Assembly (NCBI GenBank): GCA_965662335.1
Contig: CBFIGQ010000047.1
Location: 13,131 to 77,130 of the forward strand
Length of the DNA stretch: 64,000 nucleotides
From: Minisyncoccia bacterium
GTDB lineage: Bacteria > Patescibacteriota > Minisyncoccia > Phycocordibacterales > UBA9973
Direction: 5' to 3'
Under the pieces are notes generated by a model. The model worked only from the letters and a program-made list of their open reading frames with translations, was not told where the DNA came from and searched no databases. A program made the position numbers and the translations under genes. This document shows, in pieces, positions 39,339 to 49,051 of the stretch (its first letter is position 1; each line of letters begins with the position of its first letter).

Positions 39339-42287
39339 ATGGAAGCATTTGAGAAAGCATACCAATCCCTAAATCCTGAGCAAAAAAGGTCAGTAGAGAC
39401 CATAGAAGGACCAGTCATGGTCGTTGCTGGGCCAGGTACAGGCAAGACCCAAGTGCTAGCACTGCGCATCGCGCATATATTGCGCGCAACAGATACACCC
39501 CCTGATGGCGTGCTGTGTCTTACTTTTACCAATGCTGGTGTGCAGGCAATGCGTGAACGTCTCTCTCGATATATTGGGGCGGCAGCTACGAGAGTACGTA
39601 TAGCAACCTTTCATGCATTTGCCATGGAGGTAGTTGAAGAATGGTATGAAGTGTTGGGTACAAAAGTGCCGCCGACGCTTCTTGAGGATGCGGCAACTGT
39701 TGCACTCTTTGATGAGATACTTCAAGCAAATGAATGGAAACAGCTTCGTCCGCGCGCGAACCCTTCGATGTACTACAAAGACATCAAGTCTCTCATTGGT
39801 GTTTTGAAGCGGGAGCGTATCACTCCGGCGGACTTTAGAACGCAGATAGAAGAGGAGAGCGCTAGACTTAGCAATGATCCTACTAGTATCTCATCCCGCG
39901 GAGAAACAAAAGGCAAACTCAAAAAGGAGGTCGAAGCAAAACTTCAGAGCCTGGCGCGCAGTCTTGAGGTTGCGGATTTTTATGAGCAATACGAATCACT
40001 TAAAGGCGAGCGTTCTCTTATTGACTATGCGGATGTGCTTGAACTTTTGGTACGAGTTGTTGAGGAAAGTGAAGATGCGCGAGACACACTTCGCGAGCGG
40101 TTTTTGTATGTACTTGTCGATGAGCATCAGGACTCGACCGGCATTCAAAATGAATTTTTAGAGAAAGTATGGAAAGGAGTAGAGCAGCCAAACCTATTTG
40201 TTGTAGGTGATGATCGACAGCTTATTTATGGATTTGGCGGAGCATCGCTTGCGTACTTTGAAGGGTTTAAACACCTGTTTGGTACGGCCACTCTTATTAC
40301 ACTCACGCGCAACTATCGTTCAACCCAGACGGTGCTTGACGCAGCAGAGGCACTGCTCTCAAGTACGCTTGCGGAGGGCAAGCTTGTTGCTACAAATGAT
40401 GGTGCACACCCACTGCGTCTCATTGCATGTGAGTATCCACGTGATGAAATACTTCGTGCAGGAATAGATATCCAAGAAAAGATACAGAGTGGCGTTGATC
40501 CAAACGAGATGGCTATACTTGTTCCAAAAAATTACCAAGCAAAGGCAGCAATAGAGCTTTTGCGAAGTATGGGTATTCCTGTGGCGGCAGCAACATCGCT
40601 CAAACTTTTTGAGCTTGTGGATACGCAGCGTTTTCTCGCAGTACTTGCAGTTGCTGCCAATCCATACGATATTGTCGCGCTCTCGCGTACTGTTCTCGAT
40701 CCATTGTCAGGTATCCCTAGTGTATCTGGGCATGCATTTCTAGCTCATGCGTATACACGTTCGCTATCTCTCTCTGACCTAGAAGGTGCGCCATATCCAG
40801 AGATCGTTGAGTGGGCCGCGAAACTCAGTGCTTGGGTAGATTTGGCTACGAGAGTAGATGCATATGAACTCATCCAAACAATAGGTACCGAGCTCTTTCT
40901 CACCGACGCAACCGATGATGAAAAGGTGAGGTCACGTGTTGAAATCATTCGCACACTGCTTCATCTGGCACTTTCTCAAGCAGAAAAAGCGGGCCGCGTT
41001 GCAATTAAAGACTATCTATCATTTATACAGCGGCTCAAGGAGTATGGAGAAGATATTCCGCTTGCCGTTTTTGGAGCGCAGCAGGGTGTAAAGGTGCTCA
41101 CACTGCATGGATCAAAAGGGCTCGAGTTTGAAAGTGTATGGATTGCGCATATGGATGAGCGGTCTCTCATGAGTAGTCGCAGGCAGGCATTTGCGCTCCC
41201 TGAGACAATTGGAATGCTTTTGCAAGAGGAGTCTGAGGATGTTGCAAAAAGACAGCTCTATGTGGCAATGACGCGTGCAAAAAAGTATCTCACTATCTCC
41301 TATGCTTCTCTGAGTTACACAGGCAAAGATCAACAACTCGCATCTATTATTTTTGAATTACCCGAGACCTTGTTTACAAAAGAGTCTCAGGAAGAAAGCG
41401 AAAAAGCAATTCTAACGCATAGCCCTACGACATATGTAGCTCGAAAGGCTGCAGAGACTATTGATCAAGAAATAATGGTCAAGGAGCTAGTGAAAAATGA
41501 GTACGACAAAAAGAAGCTGTCAGTCACGATGCTCAACAACTTTTTTGAATGCCCATGGAAATGGTATTTCCGAAATCTTCTTTGTTTGCCGGAAGTATTG
41601 ACCGACTCACTTCATATCGGAAACATTGTCCACGAAACCATAGAGCACGTATTGCGTGGTGGTGAGGAGATAGAAAAGGAGCTCATGCGCGTTGCACTCA
41701 TTGAAACCCGAGGAGATGAACATAAGGCACACCGATATATGCGTGAAGCATTTCCTATAGTTACTCGGTGGCAAGACACTTATCAATCTTCTATTTCTGG
41801 ATCGTATGAAGTAGAGCGCAGTCTTTCATATCGCGATCCAGAATTTGCACACCTCACGATAACAGGAAAAATTGATCTTTTGGAGCATTTGAGCGATGCA
41901 TCGGTGCGGGTCACTGACTGGAAGACAGGAACCCCAAAGACGAATGCAGACATCGATAAAACAGATGAAGAAGGTCGCATGTCGCCCTACCTTCGACAGC
42001 TCGCCATGTATTCGTACCTACTCAGCCGAACCTCTAAGGGAAATACTGTTGTACAAGAAGCGAGACTCGTATTTCTTGAAGCAAAAGACGGAGATAAAAA
42101 TAGCATACAAGCACGCAGCATTGGGCGCTTGCAGCGTGAGTTACTTCACAAAGATATACAGGACTATGATGAACTGCTCAAAAGTGGACAGTGGATGCAC
42201 AGACCATGTCGTGTCAAAACGTATAACGGGGAAGTATGCGAATACTGCGCGCTTGCAGAGCGGTTTGGTGTAGTGAATAAAGACTAG
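39339..42287 (+). CDS. UvrD/PcrA-type helicase fused to C-terminal Cas4/AddB-type PD-(D/E)XK nuclease with 4-Cys cluster
   Basis: SF1 helicase motifs (GPGTGKT, VLVDEHQDS, YRST, HGSKGLEF, VAMTRAK); C-terminal nuclease motifs GKIDLL, VTDWKTG, YLRQLAMY and cysteines C(x)n...CRVKTYNGEVCEYC. Confidence 0.8.
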   Translation: MEAFEKAYQSLNPEQKRSVETIEGPVMVVAGPGTGKTQVLALRIAHILRATDTPPDGVLCLTFTNAGVQAMRERLSRYIGAAATRVRIATFHAFAMEVVEEWYEVLGTKVPPTLLEDAATVALFDEILQANEWKQLRPRANPSMYYKDIKSLIGVLKRERITPADFRTQIEEESARLSNDPTSISSRGETKGKLKKEVEAKLQSLARSLEVADFYEQYESLKGERSLIDYADVLELLVRVVEESEDARDTLRERFLYVLVDEHQDSTGIQNEFLEKVWKGVEQPNLFVVGDDRQLIYGFGGASLAYFEGFKHLFGTATLITLTRNYRSTQTVLDAAEALLSSTLAEGKLVATNDGAHPLRLIACEYPRDEILRAGIDIQEKIQSGVDPNEMAILVPKNYQAKAAIELLRSMGIPVAAATSLKLFELVDTQRFLAVLAVAANPYDIVALSRTVLDPLSGIPSVSGHAFLAHAYTRSLSLSDLEGAPYPEIVEWAAKLSAWVDLATRVDAYELIQTIGTELFLTDATDDEKVRSRVEIIRTLLHLALSQAEKAGRVAIKDYLSFIQRLKEYGEDIPLAVFGAQQGVKVLTLHGSKGLEFESVWIAHMDERSLMSSRRQAFALPETIGMLLQEESEDVAKRQLYVAMTRAKKYLTISYASLSYTGKDQQLASIIFELPETLFTKESQEESEKAILTHSPTTYVARKAAETIDQEIMVKELVKNEYDKKKLSVTMLNNFFECPWKWYFRNLLCLPEVLTDSLHIGNIVHETIEHVLRGGEEIEKELMRVALIETRGDEHKAHRYMREAFPIVTRWQDTYQSSISGSYEVERSLSYRDPEFAHLTITGKIDLLEHLSDASVRVTDWKTGTPKTNADIDKTDEEGRMSPYLRQLAMYSYLLSRTSKGNTVVQEARLVFLEAKDGDKNSIQARSIGRLQRELLHKDIQDYDELLKSGQWMHRPCRVKTYNGEVCEYCALAERFGVVNKD

Positions 42288-42307
42288 TTTGTTGCTATAC
42301 TTGTGCT

Positions 42308-44536
42308 ATGCACGTACGCGCATTTTTCGGCGCTCATAAAAAGACCATACTCGCACTTGCTATTGCAAGCATCTTTTCAGTTGCTACAGCATATGCAACT
42401 CCACCCGGCTCTGCATATACACCAGGAGAAACACTTGATCCAACCTGTGCTCCAGGAGATACGAATTGTACGGTATCTATGTCAGGAAACTCACTCCTTG
42501 GTTCGACTTCAACTCTGGGGGGTGAGTCATGGTTTGGGGTTGATGTTGACGAGATTTCAGGTAGTAATGCATCAGTTGATGGGACTGTATTTATTGGGAG
42601 TCATGCAGGACACAGTACGGTCGGGTCTGGCAAGATTGTTGCGATAGGATACGGCTCAGGCGCTGGCGCATCCAATGCTTCAGAGGCAATTTTTATCGGT
42701 TCTGGAGCCGGAACAGCTGCTACTGATTCAGAAGGTGCAATTTTTATCGGCTCTGGATCCGGGGTAAGTGCTGCTGACTCAGGAGGTGCAGTGGTGATTG
42801 GAGCATCTGCCGGGTTTCTTTCATCAACACTTACTAGCTCAGTAATTTTAGGAGCGTACAGTGCACTTAGTTCTTCTTCACTTCTAAATTCATTTATTGC
42901 AGGTACAAGTACTGCTACGTCTACTGAAAATATTTCAGACAGTATTATAGTAGGACTTAATGCAGGAGATCATAGCTCTTTGTTTACTAATGCAGTGTTG
43001 ATTGGAACCAGTGCAGGACGCTCAGCAAGTACCATAGATAATAGTGTGTTGATTGGAACCAGTGCAGGATATAATACTTTGGCAACTGATGCTGTATATA
43101 TTGGAAATCAAGCTGGGTATGGCGCAACCAACTCCTCTGATGGAGTATTCCTAGGTTTGCAAGCCGGATACGGAGCAACTGATGCCTTTGATTCATTTTT
43201 TGCAGGTACAACTGCGGGGTACGAAGCGACCGATGCAACCGACGCTATTTTTATTGGAACCGAGGCTGGATATCAAGCCATAAATGCCAATTCATCAGTA
43301 TTTTTAGGCATCGGAAGCGGAAAGCAGGCAACTGATGCAGTAAACTCAGTGTTTATTGGTCCAAATAGCGGATTTGAGGCAACGAATGCCAATCAGTCTG
43401 TTTTCTTAGGACAAGATGCAGGAAGGGATGCCACCGCTGCTTCAGCCTCTGTGTTTTTAGGTGAGGCAGCTGGTGCGAATGCAACTAATGCCTATGTTTC
43501 TAGCTTCATTGGACCAGGGGCTGGTGCGAATGCAACTAATGCTCAAATTTCAAATTTCTTTGGGTTTAATGCTGGATACGGTGCGACAAACGCTGAACTT
43601 TCTATATTTATGGGGGTTAATGCTGGTGAGTTCGCAGAAAACGCACGAAACTCTATTTTCCTGGGCAATTCTGCAGGTGAGCAAGATTTGGTAGATAACG
43701 GCGGGGATTTAAATGATTATTCAATTTTAATTGGGAATAATACATCAACAGGTGGATACTCAAACTCTATTGCGCTAGGGGCATATGCAATAAACACAGA
43801 CAACAATCAAGTAATGATCGGAAGTGTTGATAGGTCAATTGAAGAAGTTGTTATAAATGGAAGCTCAGGCCAGTCATGTACTATTAGGCCGGATACTGCC
43901 GGTATCAATTGCTCATCTGATGAACGGCTCAAGACCAACATCCAGGACCTAGAGTCGACACTCGATACGCTCATGAATGTTCGCACAGTAATGTACAACT
44001 GGAAAAATACTCCTGATTCAAATGAGCAGATTGGGTTTATCGCGCAAGACCTCAAGGATATTTTCCCAACCCTTGTTACTACTGCATCCAATGGATACCT
44101 CCAAGTTAACTACGCAGGGATGACACCTATTTTGGTAAAGGCAATCCAAGAGCTTAATGCCAAGATCGATTCTATTGCTGGTATATCAACTGAAAAAGAT
44201 AGCATGTTCGGACACGTAATGGCATGGCTTGCGAACGCATCCAACCACATCACTCGCATATTTACTGGAGAAATCTGTCTTACAGATCCAGATGGCTCGA
44301 GCGAGTGTTTAAACAAGCAAGAACTTAGCCAGCTCAAGCAACTGCTTAGTAGTCCAGCCCAAGAGGTAGAGCAAGATCCGGAGCCGCAAGAACAAACTGA
44401 TGTTCAACAGGAGACAGAACATGAATCAACTACGCCCACAGATGACCTCGCAGAGGAGCCTATCCAGACCATAGAAGAGGTACCACAAGAACCAGTGCAA
44501 GAACCAACACAAGATACTACTGAAATACCAGAATAG
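42308..44536 (+). CDS. Secreted beta-helical repeat fibre protein with C-terminal S74-type intramolecular chaperone (auto-cleaving) domain
   Basis: Signal peptide; more than 20 degenerate repeats of ..(N/S)..F(I/L)G..AG...T.A..; C-terminal SDERLKTNIQDLE...NWK...GFIAQDL...AIQEL matches the endosialidase/tail-fibre chaperone domain; acidic Pro/Glu/Gln tail. Confidence 0.7.
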   Translation: MHVRAFFGAHKKTILALAIASIFSVATAYATPPGSAYTPGETLDPTCAPGDTNCTVSMSGNSLLGSTSTLGGESWFGVDVDEISGSNASVDGTVFIGSHAGHSTVGSGKIVAIGYGSGAGASNASEAIFIGSGAGTAATDSEGAIFIGSGSGVSAADSGGAVVIGASAGFLSSTLTSSVILGAYSALSSSSLLNSFIAGTSTATSTENISDSIIVGLNAGDHSSLFTNAVLIGTSAGRSASTIDNSVLIGTSAGYNTLATDAVYIGNQAGYGATNSSDGVFLGLQAGYGATDAFDSFFAGTTAGYEATDATDAIFIGTEAGYQAINANSSVFLGIGSGKQATDAVNSVFIGPNSGFEATNANQSVFLGQDAGRDATAASASVFLGEAAGANATNAYVSSFIGPGAGANATNAQISNFFGFNAGYGATNAELSIFMGVNAGEFAENARNSIFLGNSAGEQDLVDNGGDLNDYSILIGNNTSTGGYSNSIALGAYAINTDNNQVMIGSVDRSIEEVVINGSSGQSCTIRPDTAGINCSSDERLKTNIQDLESTLDTLMNVRTVMYNWKNTPDSNEQIGFIAQDLKDIFPTLVTTASNGYLQVNYAGMTPILVKAIQELNAKIDSIAGISTEKDSMFGHVMAWLANASNHITRIFTGEICLTDPDGSSECLNKQELSQLKQLLSSPAQEVEQDPEPQEQTDVQQETEHESTTPTDDLAEEPIQTIEEVPQEPVQEPTQDTTEIPE

Positions 44537-44610
44537 CATTGCAATATAAGGATATTTCACCACTATTTGGGTTAGGAGACTAGGCTAAAATATGCTAAAA
44601 TAAACCATCT

Positions 44611-46656
44611 ATGGCAGCAAAGGCATCAAACTACGGCGCAGAACAGATTTCAGTTCTTGAAGGTCTTGAGCCGGTGCGAAAGCGTCCGGGGATGTACATC
44701 GGTACGACCGGTGTTGATGGCCTCCATCACTTGGTATGGGAGATATTTGATAACTCACGCGATGAAGCAATGGGTGGGTATGCTGATCGTATTGAGGTTA
44801 CTATCCTTCCAGGAAACCGTATTAGAGTGGCAGATAATGGACGTGGTATTCCAGTTGATATACACCCCAAGACAAAGGTAAGTGCACTTGAGACCGTAAT
44901 GACAACACTTCATGCCGGAGGAAAGTTCGGAGGTGATGGATCAGGATATAAAGTGTCTGGAGGACTACACGGAGTAGGTGCATCGGTTGTGAATGCGCTC
45001 TCGACCTATACCCGTGCAGAGGTGCACAAGGACGGCGATATATATGCACAGGAGTACGCAATCGGAGTAAAGAAAGGTGCAGTCAAAAAAGTAGGTAAGA
45101 GCAAAAACACTGGAACGATTATTACCTTTGAGCCAGACCCAACTATTTTTAAAGACACTGTTGTGTTTGACCTAAAAACTATTATTGACAGACTTCGTCA
45201 ACAAGCATATCTCGTAAAGAAACTGCGCGTTACTATCATCGATGCGCGTGAGGTTGCACAAAAATTTGACCCGACAAGCGTGTACTGGATAAAGGAGCTC
45301 GGCCTTGAAGCACCGACGACAACGTACTATTTTGAAGGAGGACTCAAGTCACTTGTTGCACACTACAACAGACTCCAAAAGCCGCTGCATGACACTATTT
45401 TTTATACAGAAAAGGATCAGGATGGAGTCGGAGTAGAGATTGCGCTTCAGTATGTAGATGACATCACTGCGCGCATCGTTCCATTTGCAAACAACATCTA
45501 CAACTCAGAAGGAGGTACTCATATTACCGGATTTAAAACCGCGCTCACTCGCGTACTCAACACGTACGGAAAGAAAAACAATCTCGTAAAGGAAGCAGAT
45601 GGCGCACTCTCAGGAGACGATGTGCTCGAAGGTCTCACAGCTGTGGTGTCTGTAAAACTTGCTGAAATTCAGTTTGAGGGACAGACCAAGGCCAAGCTTG
45701 GTAGTACTGAGGCACAAGGAGCAACGGCGACTGTGTTTGGCGAGGCGTTTAGTGCATTTCTCGAAGAGCATCCAGATGAAGCAAAGGCGATGATCTCAAA
45801 AGGACTTCTTGCGCTTCGTGCGCGCAAGGCGGCAAAAGCTGCAAAGGACTCAATCCTTCGAAAGGGAGCACTCGAAGGTATGACGCTTCCAGGCAAGCTT
45901 GCTGACTGTCAGGCAAAGGATGCCGAAGATGGGGAACTCTTTATCGTAGAGGGAGACTCTGCGGGCGGTACTGCAAAAATGGGGCGCGATCGCCGTACCC
46001 AGGCGATCCTCCCGCTTCGTGGAAAGATTCTCAATGTTGAGCGTGCACGTCTTGATCGTATGCTTGGGTCTGAACAGATCAAGAACCTCGTGATCGCAAT
46101 GGGTACGTCGATCGGGGATACATTTGATATAGAGAAAATTCGTTATCACAAAATCATCATAGCAACTGATGCGGATGTCGACGGTGCACACATCACCACA
46201 CTGATCCTTACGCTCTTTTACCGGTACTTCCGTTCAGTTATAGATGCAGGGTATGTCTATATCGCACAGCCGCCACTCTACAAGATCAAGAAGGGAAAGG
46301 AGATTCACTATGCATACAATGATGATGAGAAGGAACAGCTCATTGGTAGTGAGCAGGTAGAGCTCATCGGTGAAGAAGGTGAGACACCTGTCGAGGAGGC
46401 TGAAGAGACAGAAGAAGAAACAAAGGTAAAGAAAGGAAATAAAGTCTCAGTTCAGCGCTACAAGGGACTGGGAGAAATGAACGCAGAAGAACTCTGGGAG
46501 ACTACTATGGACCCAAACAATCGCGTCCTCAAACAAGTTTCTATTGAAGACGCAGAAGAAGCAAATCAGATATTTGATATATTGATGGGTAGTGAAGTTG
46601 CGCCACGCAAGAGCTTTATCCAGTCAAATGCCAAGATGGCAAATCTCGACATCTAA
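44611..46656 (+). CDS. gyrB: DNA gyrase subunit B
   Basis: GHKL ATPase, transducer, TOPRIM (EGDSAGG) and C-terminal tail; 681 aa. Confidence 0.9.
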   Translation: MAAKASNYGAEQISVLEGLEPVRKRPGMYIGTTGVDGLHHLVWEIFDNSRDEAMGGYADRIEVTILPGNRIRVADNGRGIPVDIHPKTKVSALETVMTTLHAGGKFGGDGSGYKVSGGLHGVGASVVNALSTYTRAEVHKDGDIYAQEYAIGVKKGAVKKVGKSKNTGTIITFEPDPTIFKDTVVFDLKTIIDRLRQQAYLVKKLRVTIIDAREVAQKFDPTSVYWIKELGLEAPTTTYYFEGGLKSLVAHYNRLQKPLHDTIFYTEKDQDGVGVEIALQYVDDITARIVPFANNIYNSEGGTHITGFKTALTRVLNTYGKKNNLVKEADGALSGDDVLEGLTAVVSVKLAEIQFEGQTKAKLGSTEAQGATATVFGEAFSAFLEEHPDEAKAMISKGLLALRARKAAKAAKDSILRKGALEGMTLPGKLADCQAKDAEDGELFIVEGDSAGGTAKMGRDRRTQAILPLRGKILNVERARLDRMLGSEQIKNLVIAMGTSIGDTFDIEKIRYHKIIIATDADVDGAHITTLILTLFYRYFRSVIDAGYVYIAQPPLYKIKKGKEIHYAYNDDEKEQLIGSEQVELIGEEGETPVEEAEETEEETKVKKGNKVSVQRYKGLGEMNAEELWETTMDPNNRVLKQVSIEDAEEANQIFDILMGSEVAPRKSFIQSNAKMANLDI

Positions 46657-46690
46657 CAAAAATCCTCCAGGTACCTGGAGGATTTTTGTT
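46656..46690. terminator. Bidirectional intrinsic terminator
   Basis: aaaaatcctccagg-tac-cctggaggatttttg perfect palindrome between convergent genes. Confidence 0.85.
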
Positions 46691-46692
46691 AA

Positions 46693-46881
46693 TTACATAG
46701 CCTTTTTAATGAGTTCTTTGAGTTCGGTAATGTGGGATTCTTTATCAGCTTCAAGTTTGGTCCAAAATGCTTTTTCTTCGTCTGAGAGCGCCTCGTTTTG
46801 ATAATTGTTTTTGATACGCCAGAGACTTTTTGATTCTTGGGTAAGCTGGTGCATCAGGTTGTATACATTGTTTGTTTCCAT
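46693..46881 (-). CDS. Small hypothetical protein
   Basis: 63-aa ORF downstream of thrS (start at METNNVY to avoid overlap); no domain. Confidence 0.3.
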   Translation of the reverse strand: METNNVYNLMHQLTQESKSLWRIKNNYQNEALSDEEKAFWTKLEADKESHITELKELIKKAM

Positions 46882-46897
46882 AGTAAAGAGTATAGCA

Positions 46898-48136
46898 CTA
46901 GAGCGAACGATTTTTGATTTCACTAGTAATTCGTTCAATAAATGCTTCAAGTGTAACGCCTTCGAGTTTTAGATCATTTCTACCTTCTACCGTAATCGCG
47001 TGCGATTCTTGCTCCTTTTCTCCAATAATGATTTGGTATGGTATTTTCTCAGTTTTTGCATTTCGTATACGTTTGCCAAGACTATCACTAGTATCAAGTA
47101 TGGTCCGAACGCCAGCATCTTTAAGTACCGATTCTATACTCTGTGCATAGGCTGTAAACTGCTCGCTCACGGGTAGGATTGCAACCTGTACTGGTGAGAG
47201 CCAAAGCGGAAATGCACCGCGATACTTTTCGATAAGAAAGGCCATGATGCGCTCGATAGCACCAATCGAAGAACGGTGTACGACAAATGCCTGATGCTCT
47301 AGTCCATCTTCACCGGTATAAGTGAGATTAAACCGTGCAGGCATACAGAAGTCATACTGTACGGTAAATGCAGTATCTTCTTTGCCATTTACATTCTTCA
47401 TCTGAATATCTATTTTGGGACCGTAGAACGCAGCCTCATCTGTTGCCTCCTCAAACTTTGACCCGCGGGCTTTCATGAGATCTCGAAGAAGACCTTCACC
47501 TTTCTCCCATGCCTCGTCATTTTTGTAGTACTTTTCAGTATTAGTGCGGTCTCCAAGTGAGAGACGATAGCGATAGTCTACGTCTAGGGTAAGTCCAAAT
47601 ACACTAGTCACATATTCAATCAAGTCGAGTGCTTTGCCTATTTCCTCTACTGCCTGTTCCTCGTTTGCGCAGATAATGTGTGCATCAGCTAGACAAAAGG
47701 TGCGAACACGCTGGAGTCCCATGAGTTCTCCTGATTGTTCATACCGATACAGTTGGGCAAGCTCCGCGATACGCATTGGGAGTTCTCGATAACTGTGCGG
47801 CTTTGAAAGATAGAGCTCAAAGTGGTGCGGACAGGTCATAGGGCGAAGCATGAATTCTTCGTCATCAATCTGTATTGGCGCGTACATTGAGTCTTTGTAG
47901 TGAGGGTAGTGGCCGCTCTTTTTGTAGAGATCGAGTTTTGCGATGTCAGGGGTCGTGACATGGAGGTACCCTCGTCGGATTTCTTCGTCGATAATAAACC
48001 TCTCGAGCTCACGCCTAATTGTTGCGCCTTTCGGGAGCCAGAGAGGAAGACCTTTGCCGACCGTATCAGAGAAAGTGAAGAGCTCAAGTTCTCGACCAAG
48101 TTTTTTGTGATCTGCGTGTTCTATAGATTCAGACAT
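46898..48136 (-). CDS. thrS: Threonine--tRNA ligase, catalytic core plus anticodon-binding domain only
   Basis: DHKKLGRELELF, class II motifs, C-terminal anticodon-binding domain; 412 aa and lacks N-terminal TGS/editing domains. Confidence 0.85.
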   Translation of the reverse strand: MSESIEHADHKKLGRELELFTFSDTVGKGLPLWLPKGATIRRELERFIIDEEIRRGYLHVTTPDIAKLDLYKKSGHYPHYKDSMYAPIQIDDEEFMLRPMTCPHHFELYLSKPHSYRELPMRIAELAQLYRYEQSGELMGLQRVRTFCLADAHIICANEEQAVEEIGKALDLIEYVTSVFGLTLDVDYRYRLSLGDRTNTEKYYKNDEAWEKGEGLLRDLMKARGSKFEEATDEAAFYGPKIDIQMKNVNGKEDTAFTVQYDFCMPARFNLTYTGEDGLEHQAFVVHRSSIGAIERIMAFLIEKYRGAFPLWLSPVQVAILPVSEQFTAYAQSIESVLKDAGVRTILDTSDSLGKRIRNAKTEKIPYQIIIGEKEQESHAITVEGRNDLKLEGVTLEAFIERITSEIKNRSL

Positions 48137-48219
48137 TTCCCAATAGTATCATTACTACAAGCTTTTTTCGAGATATTGACAAAATTCTATTTTTTGTTAT
48201 TTTATCTAAAACCTATGAC

Positions 48220-48756
48220 ATGAATTTATTTCGTATTGAATCCTCAAATCATTTGGACACAGCTCGCCAATTGAGAACGTTCATTGAAAAATTACCTATA
48301 ACAGCACAGTTACGATTCCTTGCTAAATCATCATATTCACGTACTTTTGCTGATACTGTTATTGTATTTAATGATGCAGGAGACTATGTATTACTAAAGG
48401 TGACTCAGCCAACAGAGAGTACTAAAGAAATTCGAGATATTCCTGAATGGCGTGAAGATGTTGCAAAGCGGTGTGTAGAAACAGAAACAAAGGAAAACCT
48501 TAAAGTTATTTCGACCCCCATTACAATTGGTATTAAAAAGAGTAAAAATAGTCACCCTCATCCAGATTTGTATGGAAAAGATTTTTATAAATACACCATG
48601 CTAATTACTGGGTATGCAGGCATTATTCACTCTTTACCAGATTTAATATGGGTAAAGCGCAAATTGCTTCCAAAAATCTTTGTACCAGATGGAAATATTC
48701 CACACCCGCAAGTGTATGCATATAATGATTTTATAAAGTATTGTAGCAATATGTAG
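48220..48756 (+). CDS. Hypothetical protein
   Basis: 178 aa, no recognisable domain. Confidence 0.4.
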   Translation: MNLFRIESSNHLDTARQLRTFIEKLPITAQLRFLAKSSYSRTFADTVIVFNDAGDYVLLKVTQPTESTKEIRDIPEWREDVAKRCVETETKENLKVISTPITIGIKKSKNSHPHPDLYGKDFYKYTMLITGYAGIIHSLPDLIWVKRKLLPKIFVPDGNIPHPQVYAYNDFIKYCSNM

Positions 48757-48760
48757 TCTT

Positions 48761-48795
48761 AGGCCTTTTGAGATTTCAGAAGGCCTTTTTATTTA
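48761..48795 (+). terminator. Intrinsic terminator
   Basis: aggcctt-loop-aaggcct followed by T5. Confidence 0.6.
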
Positions 48796-48829
48796 CAAAA
48801 TTCTGTCTTTGCGCTATAGTGTCAGTACT

Positions 48830-49039
48830 ATGGTAGTACGAATGAGACACACACGGGCGCATACTGCAAATCGACGCAGTCATCACGCGCTCAAATCACC
48901 TGCGCTTTCAACAGACAAGAGCGGTGCTTCACATATTCGCCACAAGGCAACGCTTGATGGTATGTACAAAGGACGATCAGTAGGCACCGACCAGGTCAAA
49001 AAAGTTATTAAGAAGCAAAAGAGAGCAGCTAAGAAATAA
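48830..49039 (+). CDS. rpmF: 50S ribosomal protein L32
   Basis: MVVRMRHTRAHTANRRSHHAL...GASHIRHKATLDGMYKGRSV matches bL32. Confidence 0.8.
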   Translation: MVVRMRHTRAHTANRRSHHALKSPALSTDKSGASHIRHKATLDGMYKGRSVGTDQVKKVIKKQKRAAKK

Positions 49040-49051
49040 CCACTTATACAT

